In this document: positions 19,886 through 29,440 of the stretch, piece after piece | Layout: each line of letters starts with the position of its first letter | Numbering within the stretch: the stretch's first letter is position 1 | Position numbers and translations under genes: made by a program | Notes under the pieces: model-generated | Seen by the model: the letters and a program-made list of their open reading frames with translations, nothing else | Database searches by the model: none | What the model was told of the DNA's origin: nothing | Assembly (NCBI RefSeq): GCF_000006765.1 | Contig: NC_002516.2 | Source: Pseudomonas aeruginosa PAO1 | GTDB lineage: Bacteria > Pseudomonadota > Gammaproteobacteria > Pseudomonadales > Pseudomonadaceae | Direction: 5' to 3' (one strand) | Length of the DNA: 64,000 nt

Positions 19886-22800
19886 TCAGGGTTGATCGTT
19901 CTCCAGCGGCCTCTGCTCGCCGCCCAGCAACCGGCCCAGTTCGTCGAGGCGGCTGGATATCTCGTTGATGCGGTTGTGCGTGCGCAGGTCGACGTCGATC
20001 TTGCGGTCCATCACCTTGATCAGCGGCAGGAAACTGTCCTGCAGGCAGGCGGCAAGGCTCTCCAGCACCTGCTGCACGCCCGGCTGCGCAGGCGCCGTCA
20101 CCTCGACGTTCAGCGCCGGCGCACCCTGGCCGAGCTGGCGCAATCCAGCCAACAACTCGTCCCAGGGCGCCGGTTGTACCGGCTGGGGTTCGCGAGCCAG
20201 GCCACGGACGCTTTCCACAAGGTCGTTGAGCTGCGCAACCAGCCGTCCGCCGACGTCGGCGTCGCTGCCGCCCATGGACTTGTTGCGCAGGAAGTCACGC
20301 TTGATCTGCGCCCAGCGCTCGGCCTGCTCGGGGCTCTGGTTGCCGCGCAGTTCGGCGAGCTTCAGCAGGTTCTCCTCGGCTCCGGTGGTCAGCAGTTGCG
20401 ACTCGCCCTGGTAGTGGTCGGCGATCAGTTGCAGCAGCTCGGCATCGTTCATCACCGCGGAGATCTTCTCCGCCATCTTGTTCATGTTGCGGTAGCTGCC
20501 CTGCAGCTTGAACGGCGGCTCGCTGCGGTACTGGTCGGCCTGGGCGGCGCTGGCGATGTACTGCTGGTTGACCTTGAGCACCACGTCGCGCACCTGCATG
20601 AGGCGTTGCAGGGTGCTGCTGATCTCGTTGATCTCGGCACCGCTGTAGCCGTGGGCCAGCTCGTTGCTGGAGAACGGCTTGCCCTCGGCCTTGGCGACGA
20701 AGCGATAGACGTCGGCCATGTCGCGGGTGGCCAGCGGCGCGAGAACCGGGTTGGAGGTCAGGGCGTTCTCGATGTAGCTGAGGGAGAACGCCTCCTGCAT
20801 GCCGCTGAGGGTGTCGCCGAGGTTGTAGATGTCGGCGCGGTTGGCGAGCATGTCGGGAATGCGGAAGACCTCGCCGGACTCGGTGTAGGGGTTGCCCGCC
20901 ATCACCACGCAGAACTTCCGCCCACGCATGTCGTAGGTCTTGGTCCGGCCCTTCCACACCCCTTCCACCCGGCGCGTGCCGTCGCAGAGGGAGATGAACT
21001 TCTGCAGGAACTCCGGATGGGTGTGCTGGATGTCGTCGACATAGAGCATCACGTTGTTGCCCATCTCCAGCGCCAGGTTGAGCTTCTCCAGTTCCTGCCG
21101 CGAAGTCGCGTCCGGCGCCTGCCCGGGGTCGAGCGAGCGCACCTCGTGGCCGAGGGCAGGACCGTTGATCTTCATGAAGATCAGCCCCAGGCGGTGCGCC
21201 ACGTACTCCATCAGGGTGGTCTTGCCGTAGCCTGGCGGGGAGATCAGCATCAGCAGGCCCATCAGGTCGGTGCGCTTGTTCTCGCCCACCGTCCCCATCT
21301 GCTTGGCCAGGTTGTCGCCGATGACACCCAGGTAGACGTCATTGATCAGCTTGTTGCGAACGAACGAGGACAGCGGTCGCGGCTTGAACTCGGCCAGGCG
21401 CAATGCCTCGCGCTCGTGTTCGACGATCTCCTGGCGCAGCGCCTGGTAGCGCCGCAGCCCCGGCAGGAATTGCTGGCGATGGCGACGCAGGCGGCCGAAG
21501 AAGTCGTCCACCGCCAGCGCCAGGCCGCGTTCGAAGATGCGCGGATGCTCGCCCATCAGGCCGTCGACCTGGAAGCGCAGGTCGACCTCGGTGATCCGTC
21601 GTGGCATCTCCTCGTCCAGCAACGAGAGCGCCACCGCCTCGTCCAGGTAGGCCGCCAGCGGCTGGAACTCGGCGTCGCCACATAGTCCGCGCAGCCAGTT
21701 GCCGGCCAATTCCCACTGGGCGGCGGGCCGCTCGCCGAGACGCTCCAGGGTCTGCCGGTAGTCGTCCCATAGACGCGCGCCTTGCAGGCGCAGCTTGAGT
21801 CCTTCCTGCAATTGCCGGGCATATTTGCTGAAGGTGAATTCGGGACGCTCGGCGGACAATTCCCAGACCAGGTACTCGGCCGCCTCGTCGATATGCTGCG
21901 GGTCCAGCGCGATGGGCTGTTCGGCGAGCAGCGCACGCATCGCCGCGGCCACTTCGCCGCGAAGGGCGAGCAGGCCGTCGTCACGACCGAACATCTGCTG
22001 GATGCTGCGGCTGCTGCGTGCCCGCTCGGGCCAGCCGGCGACTTCCCGCTCCTCGCGCCGGCGGCTCCAGAACAGGCTGGCGAAGGCCCGCGCCGAGGGT
22101 GCGTAGCGTAGCAGTCCGGCGCTCTCGCGCAACGGCAGCAGGCGAACCAGGATCGCCGCCGCATCGTGGTCGTGAATGCCTTTCTCGTAGCCCTCCTTGT
22201 AGCGCGGTGCGGCGAAATCGCGGATCGCCCGCGCCAGCTCGTCCGGCTGCGCCAGCAGCGCCTGCAAGCGCTCCAGGCTGAAGCCATCGCGGCCCGCGTC
22301 GGCGGCGGCGAGCACTTCGCCGGCGAGATATTCGGCGCGGTACAGCGTCTCCGATTCGGATTCCAGGTTCACCTGCCAGAACTCGCGCAACTCATCGAGC
22401 CGCGGGTCCTGCAGCGGTTCGAGGAAATCGGTGCCGGTCAGGTGCAGGTACAGCGCGTCGCCGCGCGGCATCAGGGTCAGGTCGAGTTCCTGGGTGTTGA
22501 CGCTGAAGCGGTGGCGCGGGCCCAGGCGGATGACGTCGCCGCCCTCCTCGAACAGCTCGCTCTTGTCGCGCAATGCGCGGACCGCCTGGTCGCGCGCGGC
22601 CTTCAGGCGCGCCTCGACGTCGTCGGCCTTGACGCTGTCCTTCAATTCGCGAAGACGTTCGGCCAGTTCGCGCAACTTGAGGATCAGCGGGTCGGCGGCG
22701 AAGAACGCGTTCAGTTCCTCCGCCTGGGTGAAGCGCGCGGTGCGTCGTTGCAGGCTGTCGAGAATTCGCCGGGCGGCGTCGAGCAGTCCCTGGGCCTTGC

Positions 22801-25126
22801 GCTGGCGCTCGTCGAGCAGGGTCTGCTTGTGCGCTTCGAAGGTTTCCAGCAGCTCCTCGCGCTTGGCCAGGATGTCGCCGAGGAACTGCTCATGGTCGCC
22901 GAACTGGCTTTCCAGTTCCTCCAGTTGCACCAGCAGGCGCGACAGTTGCTCGTCGCAGCGCTCGGGGTCCTGGGCCTGGGCCAGGGCGTTGGTGATGCCC
23001 TGGCCAAACAGTTTGAACTGGGCGCCGAACTGGGCCACGGTCTCGCTCGAACCGAGTCCCTTGCGCCGCTGCTCGGCGCGCGCCTTGGCCTGGTTCAGGC
23101 GGGCGTAGATCTCCGAGATCGACTCGATGATGCGGGTCCGCTGGGTCGCGTCGTCGATGCGCAGCGAAGCCATCAGCGAGGACAGCATGTCGAGGTCGCC
23201 GGCCATCGCCTCCAGGGCCGCCAGCGGCTCGCCGAGCTGGGCCACGGTCTCGGCTTTCTGCGCCTCGCCATCGAGGCTCTGCAGGCGCTCCAGCAAGGGC
23301 TGCAGGGCCTGTTCGCTGGCGAGGAAGGTCGCGGTGGCGGCGGCCACCCGCTCGTGGGCCGCGAGCAGTTCGGCCTCCATGGCGTCGAGTCGCGCCACGT
23401 CGATGTAGCGGTACTCGCGGATGGTCAGCAGCGACCCACGCTGGGCGGTGATGCCATTGAGCCCGTCGACGAACTGCTGCACCCGGTCCCAGCCGTCGGG
23501 CAGCAAGCCGGAGAGCAGCGCCTTGTGCCGCTCCTCCGCGTCGATCATCGCCTGGGCCGACTGGCGGCGGATACTTTCGACCTTCTCGTACTCGTCGAGC
23601 ACCAGCTCGGCGGTCGCCGCCACTTCGCGCAACAGCGGCGCCAAGCCGTCCAGTTGGTCGCTGCCGAGCCAGTGGTAGACGTCGAACAGGCGCTGGGTGT
23701 TCTGGCACAGCAGCGAGTAGCGCTGGATCGAAACCGCCGGGGTCTCGATCTCCCGGCACAAGTCGTAGAGGTCGGAGACGCCGCGCACCAGCTCGGCATT
23801 GCCGATCCGCCCGAGAAAACCGCTACGCGCCGGTTGGCGGGCCGCGTACTCCTCGGTGCAGAACGGCGTCTGCCAGACCTGCATCGGATGGATGCGGGTC
23901 GGTTCCTCGCCTTCGGCGGCGAAGATCACCATGCGCCCGTCCTCCAGGCGCGCGTAGCCGTGGCCGAACAGCGGATTCTGCAACTGGCGGTTGATCAGGT
24001 TGTAGGTGAGCAGCACGTTCCGCCCCTGCTCGGGATGGTAGAAAACGTACTGCACGTCCTCGCCGTTGGGCGAGCGTACCGAGCGCTTGAAGCGCATGCC
24101 TTCCATGGATTGCTCGAAGGTGCGGTACTCGCCGTTCTGCAGGTAGTAGCCGCCGGGGAAGATGATCCCGTGGTCCTCCGGCAACTGGATGCAGGCCAGG
24201 CCGATGGCGTCGATGCGCTCGACCTTGCCGGTCAGGCTGTTGAACACCAGGTAGCGCCACTGCTCCTCGCGATAGGGCAGGACCTTGAGCAGCAGCAGGC
24301 TGCCGAGGCGGGCGAACTCAACCTGCGCGTCGTCCAGCGACTGGGTCTTGTCCATCACCTCTTCGCGATAGATGCCCAGGCCGACCTCGGTGTTGTTCTC
24401 GACCTTGATGGTCAGGTCGCCGCCAATGGTCTCGACGAACAGGGTGTCGAGGATGTTCAGGTGCGGGAAGCGGCCCTCCACCACCATCTCGCGGGTAGCC
24501 CGCTGCCATTCGAAGTCGAACGGTGCCGGCAAGGCGATGTCGCGCTCGCCGCGGTTGTCGATGTAGCGGACTTCGCTGCCGTCGCTGGAGATCGACCAGC
24601 GGAACACGCGGATGTCGGTGATCCGCTCGCCGATCTGGAAGCTGGCCAGCAGCTTGCCGTCGCGGATCGCCAGTTGCAGCAGGCGGGTGTTCTTGTAGTA
24701 GGTGTAAAGCTCGTTGAAGTCGTTGACGAAGCCCGGCGCGGCGAGAAAGCTGTCCCCCAGTGGCACAGGCTCCGCCTCGTAGCCTTCGCTGCCCTCCACC
24801 AGGCGGTAGAGGGAGAACACGTCGGCCACGCCGGTTTCCTTGCGCAGGCCGATGAACACGTTGTAGCCGAACAGCAGGCAATCGCCGACCTGGACGATAT
24901 CGCGGGCGATGCAGTTGTTCTCGGTACGGATGCGGACCCGGCCGATCACATCCATCTGGCTGTCGCCGAACTCCTCCAGGCGACTGGCGTTGAGCCTTTC
25001 GGCGGTCTGCCGCAGGCGCTGGCCCTGCTCCAGCAGGCGCTTGTGCAGCACCTCGTAGGCGCCGCCCTCGGCAACGGCCTTGTCCAATACGTCCTGCGCG
25101 GGAGTTGCGGCTTGAGTGTCCGACAT
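19886..25126 (-). CDS. 1746-aa AAA+ ATPase with long N-terminal beta-rich and coiled-coil regions (about PA3728)
   Basis: Walker A SPPGYGKT (1296-1303), Walker B MLYVDD (D1364-D1365), sensor-like GNP, candidate Arg finger ANR (R1430). Confidence 0.9.
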   Translation of the reverse strand: MSDTQAATPAQDVLDKAVAEGGAYEVLHKRLLEQGQRLRQTAERLNASRLEEFGDSQMDVIGRVRIRTENNCIARDIVQVGDCLLFGYNVFIGLRKETGVADVFSLYRLVEGSEGYEAEPVPLGDSFLAAPGFVNDFNELYTYYKNTRLLQLAIRDGKLLASFQIGERITDIRVFRWSISSDGSEVRYIDNRGERDIALPAPFDFEWQRATREMVVEGRFPHLNILDTLFVETIGGDLTIKVENNTEVGLGIYREEVMDKTQSLDDAQVEFARLGSLLLLKVLPYREEQWRYLVFNSLTGKVERIDAIGLACIQLPEDHGIIFPGGYYLQNGEYRTFEQSMEGMRFKRSVRSPNGEDVQYVFYHPEQGRNVLLTYNLINRQLQNPLFGHGYARLEDGRMVIFAAEGEEPTRIHPMQVWQTPFCTEEYAARQPARSGFLGRIGNAELVRGVSDLYDLCREIETPAVSIQRYSLLCQNTQRLFDVYHWLGSDQLDGLAPLLREVAATAELVLDEYEKVESIRRQSAQAMIDAEERHKALLSGLLPDGWDRVQQFVDGLNGITAQRGSLLTIREYRYIDVARLDAMEAELLAAHERVAAATATFLASEQALQPLLERLQSLDGEAQKAETVAQLGEPLAALEAMAGDLDMLSSLMASLRIDDATQRTRIIESISEIYARLNQAKARAEQRRKGLGSSETVAQFGAQFKLFGQGITNALAQAQDPERCDEQLSRLLVQLEELESQFGDHEQFLGDILAKREELLETFEAHKQTLLDERQRKAQGLLDAARRILDSLQRRTARFTQAEELNAFFAADPLILKLRELAERLRELKDSVKADDVEARLKAARDQAVRALRDKSELFEEGGDVIRLGPRHRFSVNTQELDLTLMPRGDALYLHLTGTDFLEPLQDPRLDELREFWQVNLESESETLYRAEYLAGEVLAAADAGRDGFSLERLQALLAQPDELARAIRDFAAPRYKEGYEKGIHDHDAAAILVRLLPLRESAGLLRYAPSARAFASLFWSRRREEREVAGWPERARSSRSIQQMFGRDDGLLALRGEVAAAMRALLAEQPIALDPQHIDEAAEYLVWELSAERPEFTFSKYARQLQEGLKLRLQGARLWDDYRQTLERLGERPAAQWELAGNWLRGLCGDAEFQPLAAYLDEAVALSLLDEEMPRRITEVDLRFQVDGLMGEHPRIFERGLALAVDDFFGRLRRHRQQFLPGLRRYQALRQEIVEHEREALRLAEFKPRPLSSFVRNKLINDVYLGVIGDNLAKQMGTVGENKRTDLMGLLMLISPPGYGKTTLMEYVAHRLGLIFMKINGPALGHEVRSLDPGQAPDATSRQELEKLNLALEMGNNVMLYVDDIQHTHPEFLQKFISLCDGTRRVEGVWKGRTKTYDMRGRKFCVVMAGNPYTESGEVFRIPDMLANRADIYNLGDTLSGMQEAFSLSYIENALTSNPVLAPLATRDMADVYRFVAKAEGKPFSSNELAHGYSGAEINEISSTLQRLMQVRDVVLKVNQQYIASAAQADQYRSEPPFKLQGSYRNMNKMAEKISAVMNDAELLQLIADHYQGESQLLTTGAEENLLKLAELRGNQSPEQAERWAQIKRDFLRNKSMGGSDADVGGRLVAQLNDLVESVRGLAREPQPVQPAPWDELLAGLRQLGQGAPALNVEVTAPAQPGVQQVLESLAACLQDSFLPLIKVMDRKIDVDLRTHNRINEISSRLDELGRLLGGEQRPLENDQP

Positions 25127-25275
25127 CCTGGTCTTCCTGGGTCTACGGCGGTCATCGATGGAAACCGGCCCGAGCGGCCTGCCCCGGGCGCAGCCAACAG
25201 GCCACGCCAGGGGCTGCGCCGCTCAGGGCGCGGGCGGAACGCCTCCGCAGTTGGCGGAGGAGGCTGCGGGTCGAC

Positions 25276-27342
25276 TCAGACTTCCGCCGCCGGCTCGTTC
25301 TCGTGGCCGCTCTTGCGTTCCGGCATCACCGCAGCGGCTGCGCCACGGCCGTTGAGCAGGCGGGCGAGGACGTCCTGCACCACCGGGCTCTTGCCGACCA
25401 CACCTTCGATGGCCTTGCCCACCGACAGCGACTTGGCGAAGGAGTTGAAGAAGTCGCCCTCGCCGCCGACGATCTCGATGTTCGCCTTGCCCAGCGCGGT
25501 GGCGAGCACCTCGGCCTGGTCCTTGGCGATGTCCTTGTTCGCGGCGATGGCCGCCATGGCCTCCTCGAAGCTCTTCTCCAGCTGCATGCGGAACTCTTCG
25601 TGCTGGCGAGCGCTGTCGCTGAGGGCATCCAGGGCGCCGAACTTCTTGCCAAGCCCCTCGGCCTCGGCATTCAGGCGCTGCAGCAGTACTTCCGCTTCCG
25701 CGCTGCCCTGGTCCTTGGTGGCCTTGGCCTTGGCCGCGCCGAGCTGCTCCTCGCCGCGCGCCTGGGCGCCGAGCTTCTCGGCCAGCACCTTGGCTTCGGC
25801 CAGGCCGTCCTTCTCCTTGGCCGCGGCCTGCGCCTCGAGCACCCGGGCGTCGGCCAGGCCGCGCTCTTCGTCGCCCCTGGCTTCGGCGATCAGTTGTTCG
25901 GCACGTACCCGCGCCGCTGCCAAGCCATCCTTTTCCTTCGCCGCGGCGGTGACTTCCAGCACCCGCGCATCGGCCAGGCCCGGCGCTGCGCGCTCGGCCT
26001 CGATGCCCTCGGCCAGACGCTTCTTCGCCTCGGCCTGCTTCGACGCCGCCTCCAGCTCGGCCTGCGCCATGGTGTTGATTTCCACCGCCTTGTGCTTGGA
26101 GCGGGCCTCGTCGGCTTCCGCCTGCTTGACCTGGCGTACCAGCTCCTGCTCGGCTTCCGCCTGGGCCTGCAGCAGTATCACCTGCTTGACCCGCTCGGCC
26201 TCGGAAACCTCGCGCACCTCCTTGATCCGCTCCTCCTCTTGGGCCACGGTCTTTTCCACCGCGACGCGCTCGCGAATCACATTGGCAATGTTCTTGCGCT
26301 GCTCTTCCAGCGCCTTTTCCTTCTCGATCTTCTGCAGCTCCACCTCACGCTCGCGGGCGACGATCTCCAGGTCCTTGGCGCGGGTGACCTTCTCCACCTC
26401 GATGACCACCGCGCGCTGGCGGTTCTGCTGCGCCACCTCGACCTCGCGCTGGTGGTTCTCGGTGCGCACGTCGATTTCCTGCTGCGCCTGGATCCGCGCC
26501 TGCTCGGCCTTCAGCCGCTCCTCTTCCTTGACCCGCGCGGTTTCCGCTTCCTCGCGGGCACGGATGGTCTCGATCTCGCGCTTCTGCCGGGCCTCGGCGT
26601 CAGCCTGCTGGCGCTCCAGGGCCAGGGCCGCCTCGCGGGTCTCGACGTTCTTCTTCTTGATCGCCAGCTCTTCGTTGCGCTCCAGTTCGTTGGTGATGAC
26701 GTTCTGGGTGGCGGTCAGCTCGGTGATCTTGCGGATGCCCTCGGCATCAAGGATGTTGCTCGGGTCCAGCGAGTTCTTCGCGGTCTGCTCCAGGTAGTCG
26801 ATGGCGACGTCTTCCAGGACGTAGCCGTTCAGGTCGTTGCCGATCACCTCGATGATGCGGTCACGGAAGTCCTGGCGATTCTCGAACAGCTGGACGAAGT
26901 CGAACTGCTTGCCGACGGTCTTCAGCGCCTCGGAGAACTTGGCATTGAACAGCTCGTTCACCGCCGAACGGTCGGAAGCACGGTCGACGCCGATGGCCTT
27001 GGCCACCTTGAGCACGTCGTCCTGGGTCTCGTTGACCCGCAGGTAGAAGGCAACGGTGATGTCCGCGCGCATGTTGTCGCGGCAGATCAGGCCGTCCTTG
27101 CCGCGCCGGTCGACCTCCAGGGTGATCAGCGAGATGCGCATGAACTCCTTCAGGTGGATCACCGGATAGACCAGCGCACCGGTGAAATGCACCTTGGGCG
27201 TCGACGACATGTCGTTGACGATCAGCGCGGTGCCTTGCGGGACCTTGATGTAGAAGGCCTTGAACAGGGCCAGCAGGCCCACGACCAGCAGAACGACCAG
27301 GCCCACTCCCAGCAGGAGGGGCATCAGCGACGTCATATCCAT
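25276..27342 (-). CDS. Flotillin / SPFH (YqiK-like) protein (about PA3729)
   Basis: N-terminal TM helix, SPFH segment (LICRDNMRADITVAFY), very long Ala/Glu coiled coil, C-terminal IEIVGG. Confidence 0.88.
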   Translation of the reverse strand: MDMTSLMPLLLGVGLVVLLVVGLLALFKAFYIKVPQGTALIVNDMSSTPKVHFTGALVYPVIHLKEFMRISLITLEVDRRGKDGLICRDNMRADITVAFYLRVNETQDDVLKVAKAIGVDRASDRSAVNELFNAKFSEALKTVGKQFDFVQLFENRQDFRDRIIEVIGNDLNGYVLEDVAIDYLEQTAKNSLDPSNILDAEGIRKITELTATQNVITNELERNEELAIKKKNVETREAALALERQQADAEARQKREIETIRAREEAETARVKEEERLKAEQARIQAQQEIDVRTENHQREVEVAQQNRQRAVVIEVEKVTRAKDLEIVAREREVELQKIEKEKALEEQRKNIANVIRERVAVEKTVAQEEERIKEVREVSEAERVKQVILLQAQAEAEQELVRQVKQAEADEARSKHKAVEINTMAQAELEAASKQAEAKKRLAEGIEAERAAPGLADARVLEVTAAAKEKDGLAAARVRAEQLIAEARGDEERGLADARVLEAQAAAKEKDGLAEAKVLAEKLGAQARGEEQLGAAKAKATKDQGSAEAEVLLQRLNAEAEGLGKKFGALDALSDSARQHEEFRMQLEKSFEEAMAAIAANKDIAKDQAEVLATALGKANIEIVGGEGDFFNSFAKSLSVGKAIEGVVGKSPVVQDVLARLLNGRGAAAAVMPERKSGHENEPAAEV
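25741..25980 (-). repeat. Tandem 120-bp (40-codon) internal duplication in the flotillin
   Basis: GLADARVLEVTAAAKEKDGLAA.. versus GLADARVLEAQAAAKEKDGLAE..; DNA copies end at 25980 and 25860. Confidence 0.85.
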
Positions 27343-27377
27343 AGCAGCAGTTCTCCTTGATTCTCACCGAGCCCGGG

Positions 27378-28019
27378 TCAGATACCGCGGAACTCTTCCT
27401 CGGTAACGACCCGATAGGCGTGCTCCGCCTCCAGGTACTCCAGCAGCACGACGCGATCGCCGCGCTTGAAGCCTTTGTTTTCTTCCGCACGAACTTTCAG
27501 GATCAGCCCGGCGCCGCCGTCTTCCAGCAACGCCTCGCCATGTTGCAGGGTGACCCGCCCGCTGCGCACCACCGCGACCTGGCCCAGCACCGACTTGCTG
27601 CTGGTGCTTTCCAGCTTGCGGAACAGCGGCCGCAACGGCCGGCACAGCGTGGCCGCCAGCGGCGCCGCCAGGAACAGCGCGCCCACCGCCACCACGGCGC
27701 CCAACGGGTAGCGCAGCCAGCCGAGCGGCAATGCGCTGAGCAGCCACAGCTGGACGAAGTAGCAGAGGAACCAGGCGAAGAAGGACAGCAGGGTCAGCAC
27801 CAGGGTGACCGGTACGCCGTTGAGTTTCAGCTTCGCCAGCAGCGCGGCGAGGCCTTCGGCCTGGCCGGCGCCATCGACGACCGACTCGGCGTCGAGATCG
27901 AGCACATCGATCTCGACCATGCCCAGGGCGACGATGCCCCAGTAGATGATCGCTAGGATCAGAAGAAAGCTGAACAGCACGGTCGGGAACGACAGCGCCG
28001 TCTGCAGGAAACCTTCCAT
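27378..28019 (-). CDS. YqiJ / NfeD-like membrane partner of flotillin (about PA3730)
   Basis: Several TM helices, GVPVTLVLTLL motif, C-terminal OB-like beta segment (GQVAVVRSG..GEALL..KRGDRVVLL). Confidence 0.82.
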   Translation of the reverse strand: MEGFLQTALSFPTVLFSFLLILAIIYWGIVALGMVEIDVLDLDAESVVDGAGQAEGLAALLAKLKLNGVPVTLVLTLLSFFAWFLCYFVQLWLLSALPLGWLRYPLGAVVAVGALFLAAPLAATLCRPLRPLFRKLESTSSKSVLGQVAVVRSGRVTLQHGEALLEDGGAGLILKVRAEENKGFKRGDRVVLLEYLEAEHAYRVVTEEEFRGI

Positions 28020-28074
28020 TGTCGCTCTATCCCTGAAAAACGGGCCCGGACGCCTTCGCCGGGCCGCGGGCCTA

Positions 28075-28770
28075 TCAGGCCTTGCCCTTTTCCTTCAGGC
28101 GCGCCAGCACGCCATCCACGCTGTTGCCCGAGGCCTTGATCCCAGCCGCGCGCAGCTTGGCGTCCAGCGCATCGTCCGGCGCCGCCGCGCTGGCCAGTTC
28201 GGCCGCGGCATCCATGGTCGCCGCGCGTTCGGCCTGGCGCTGCTTGATCCGCTCCAGGGAGTCCACCGCGGTCTGCAGCTTGCTCTTCGAGTTGCCGTAG
28301 CGCTGGGCAACGGCCATCTGCGCCTTCTGCACGCTCTCGGTGGCCTTGACCGTATCCACCTGTTGCTTGAGCTGGCGGATGTTGCCCTCGGCCTGGCTCA
28401 CCGACTTGCGCAACTGGGCTACGCTGGCGGCGAATTCCGCGACCTGGGCACGCTCGCCCTCGAGCTGGTTCTCCAGGGTCGCGATCTTCTCCGCGACCTC
28501 CCGGGCCAGCTCCTCGTTGCCGGCCTCCAGTGCCTTGATCGCGTATTGCTCGTACTCGGCGACCTGGGCCGCGCCCTTCTCGACGCGCTCCTGGGCCAGG
28601 CGGTGGCGGGCCATGATCGAGGCCAGCGCTTCCCGCGACTTGCGCAGTTCGACGTCGGCGTCGCGGATCTCCTGGTCGAGGATGCGCAGCGCCTGGCTGT
28701 CGACGATCGCCTCGCCAACCTCGTTGGCTCCGCCGCGCAGGGCGCTCAGCAGCTTGCTCCATACCGTCAT
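28075..28770 (-). CDS. PspA/IM30 (ESCRT-III superfamily) protein, YjfJ-like (about PA3731)
   Basis: MTVWSKLLSALRGGANEVGEAIVD..LDQEIRD..; coiled coil; ATESVQKAQ; SD GGGAGG. Confidence 0.9.
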   Translation of the reverse strand: MTVWSKLLSALRGGANEVGEAIVDSQALRILDQEIRDADVELRKSREALASIMARHRLAQERVEKGAAQVAEYEQYAIKALEAGNEELAREVAEKIATLENQLEGERAQVAEFAASVAQLRKSVSQAEGNIRQLKQQVDTVKATESVQKAQMAVAQRYGNSKSKLQTAVDSLERIKQRQAERAATMDAAAELASAAAPDDALDAKLRAAGIKASGNSVDGVLARLKEKGKA

Positions 28771-28784
28771 GATGGTGTCCTCCC

Positions 28785-29405
28785 TCAGGCCCGGGCTTTC
28801 AGGTAGCCGGCGTAGACTTCCGTGGCGCGGATCACGTTGCCGGCCAGGGTTTCGATTTCGTGCAGCACGCTGGCCAGCGACGAAGTCGTGCTCAACGCGC
28901 CGAACATGCTGTAGCAGCGCTCCTCGCCCGGCAGGTTGAGCAGGCCGATGCTCGACAGCGGGAACAGTTGCCGGCTGAGCAGGACCTCTTCGTTGAAGGC
29001 GGTCGCGTCGGTAACGTCGCTTTCCGGCCAGAGCAGCGCCTCGACGATGATCTGCTCGCCCTGGGGCGCGACGAACACCGGCAGGTCGCCGTATTCGCGC
29101 ATGATCACGTAGAGACTCGCTTCCGCCCCCTCGATCAGCTCGATCTGGGCCTCGCCGCTGCTGAACAGCTCGGTGCCGCTCAGGGCCTCGGCCAGCGAGC
29201 GAGCGTTCCATACCCGGGCTTCCGTCATGTCTTCCTCCTTCTCCAAATGAGCCGCTCCGGCAGCCGGGCGACGCAGCATCCGCTCGATGCCGGCGAGCGC
29301 CGCGGCGTTCTCCGGCAAGATCCAGACTTCCTTCTTCACCAGGCCCTGCTCGCGCAGGCGCTGGCGAAAGACACGCTGATAATGGGCCGATGATTTCCGT
29401 TGCAT
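28785..29405 (-). CDS. YjfI/DUF2170 protein with N-terminal basic extension (alternative internal start at 29228; about PA3732)
   Basis: GDLPVFV..EQIIVEALLW..PLSSIGL..YSMFGAL core; upstream in-frame MQRKSSAHYQRVFRQRLREQGLVKKEVWILPE. Confidence 0.82.
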   Translation of the reverse strand: MQRKSSAHYQRVFRQRLREQGLVKKEVWILPENAAALAGIERMLRRPAAGAAHLEKEEDMTEARVWNARSLAEALSGTELFSSGEAQIELIEGAEASLYVIMREYGDLPVFVAPQGEQIIVEALLWPESDVTDATAFNEEVLLSRQLFPLSSIGLLNLPGEERCYSMFGALSTTSSLASVLHEIETLAGNVIRATEVYAGYLKARA

Positions 29406-29411
29406 GGACTC

Positions 29412-29440
29412 ACACTACGAGATCACATGTAAGATTTCAA
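29412..29440 (-). promoter_or_regulatory. Predicted sigma70 promoter TTGAAA-17-TAGTGT; predicted +1 at the A of ATG 29405
   Basis: -35 at 29440-29435, -10 at 29417-29412, 6 nt (GAGTCC) to the ATG. Confidence 0.65.

Noticed and set aside
19052-27360. Very long plus-strand ORFs (877, 1543 and 751 aa) opposite the ATPase and flotillin
   Set aside because: Antisense shadows expected from high-GC codon bias; no recognisable motifs or SD
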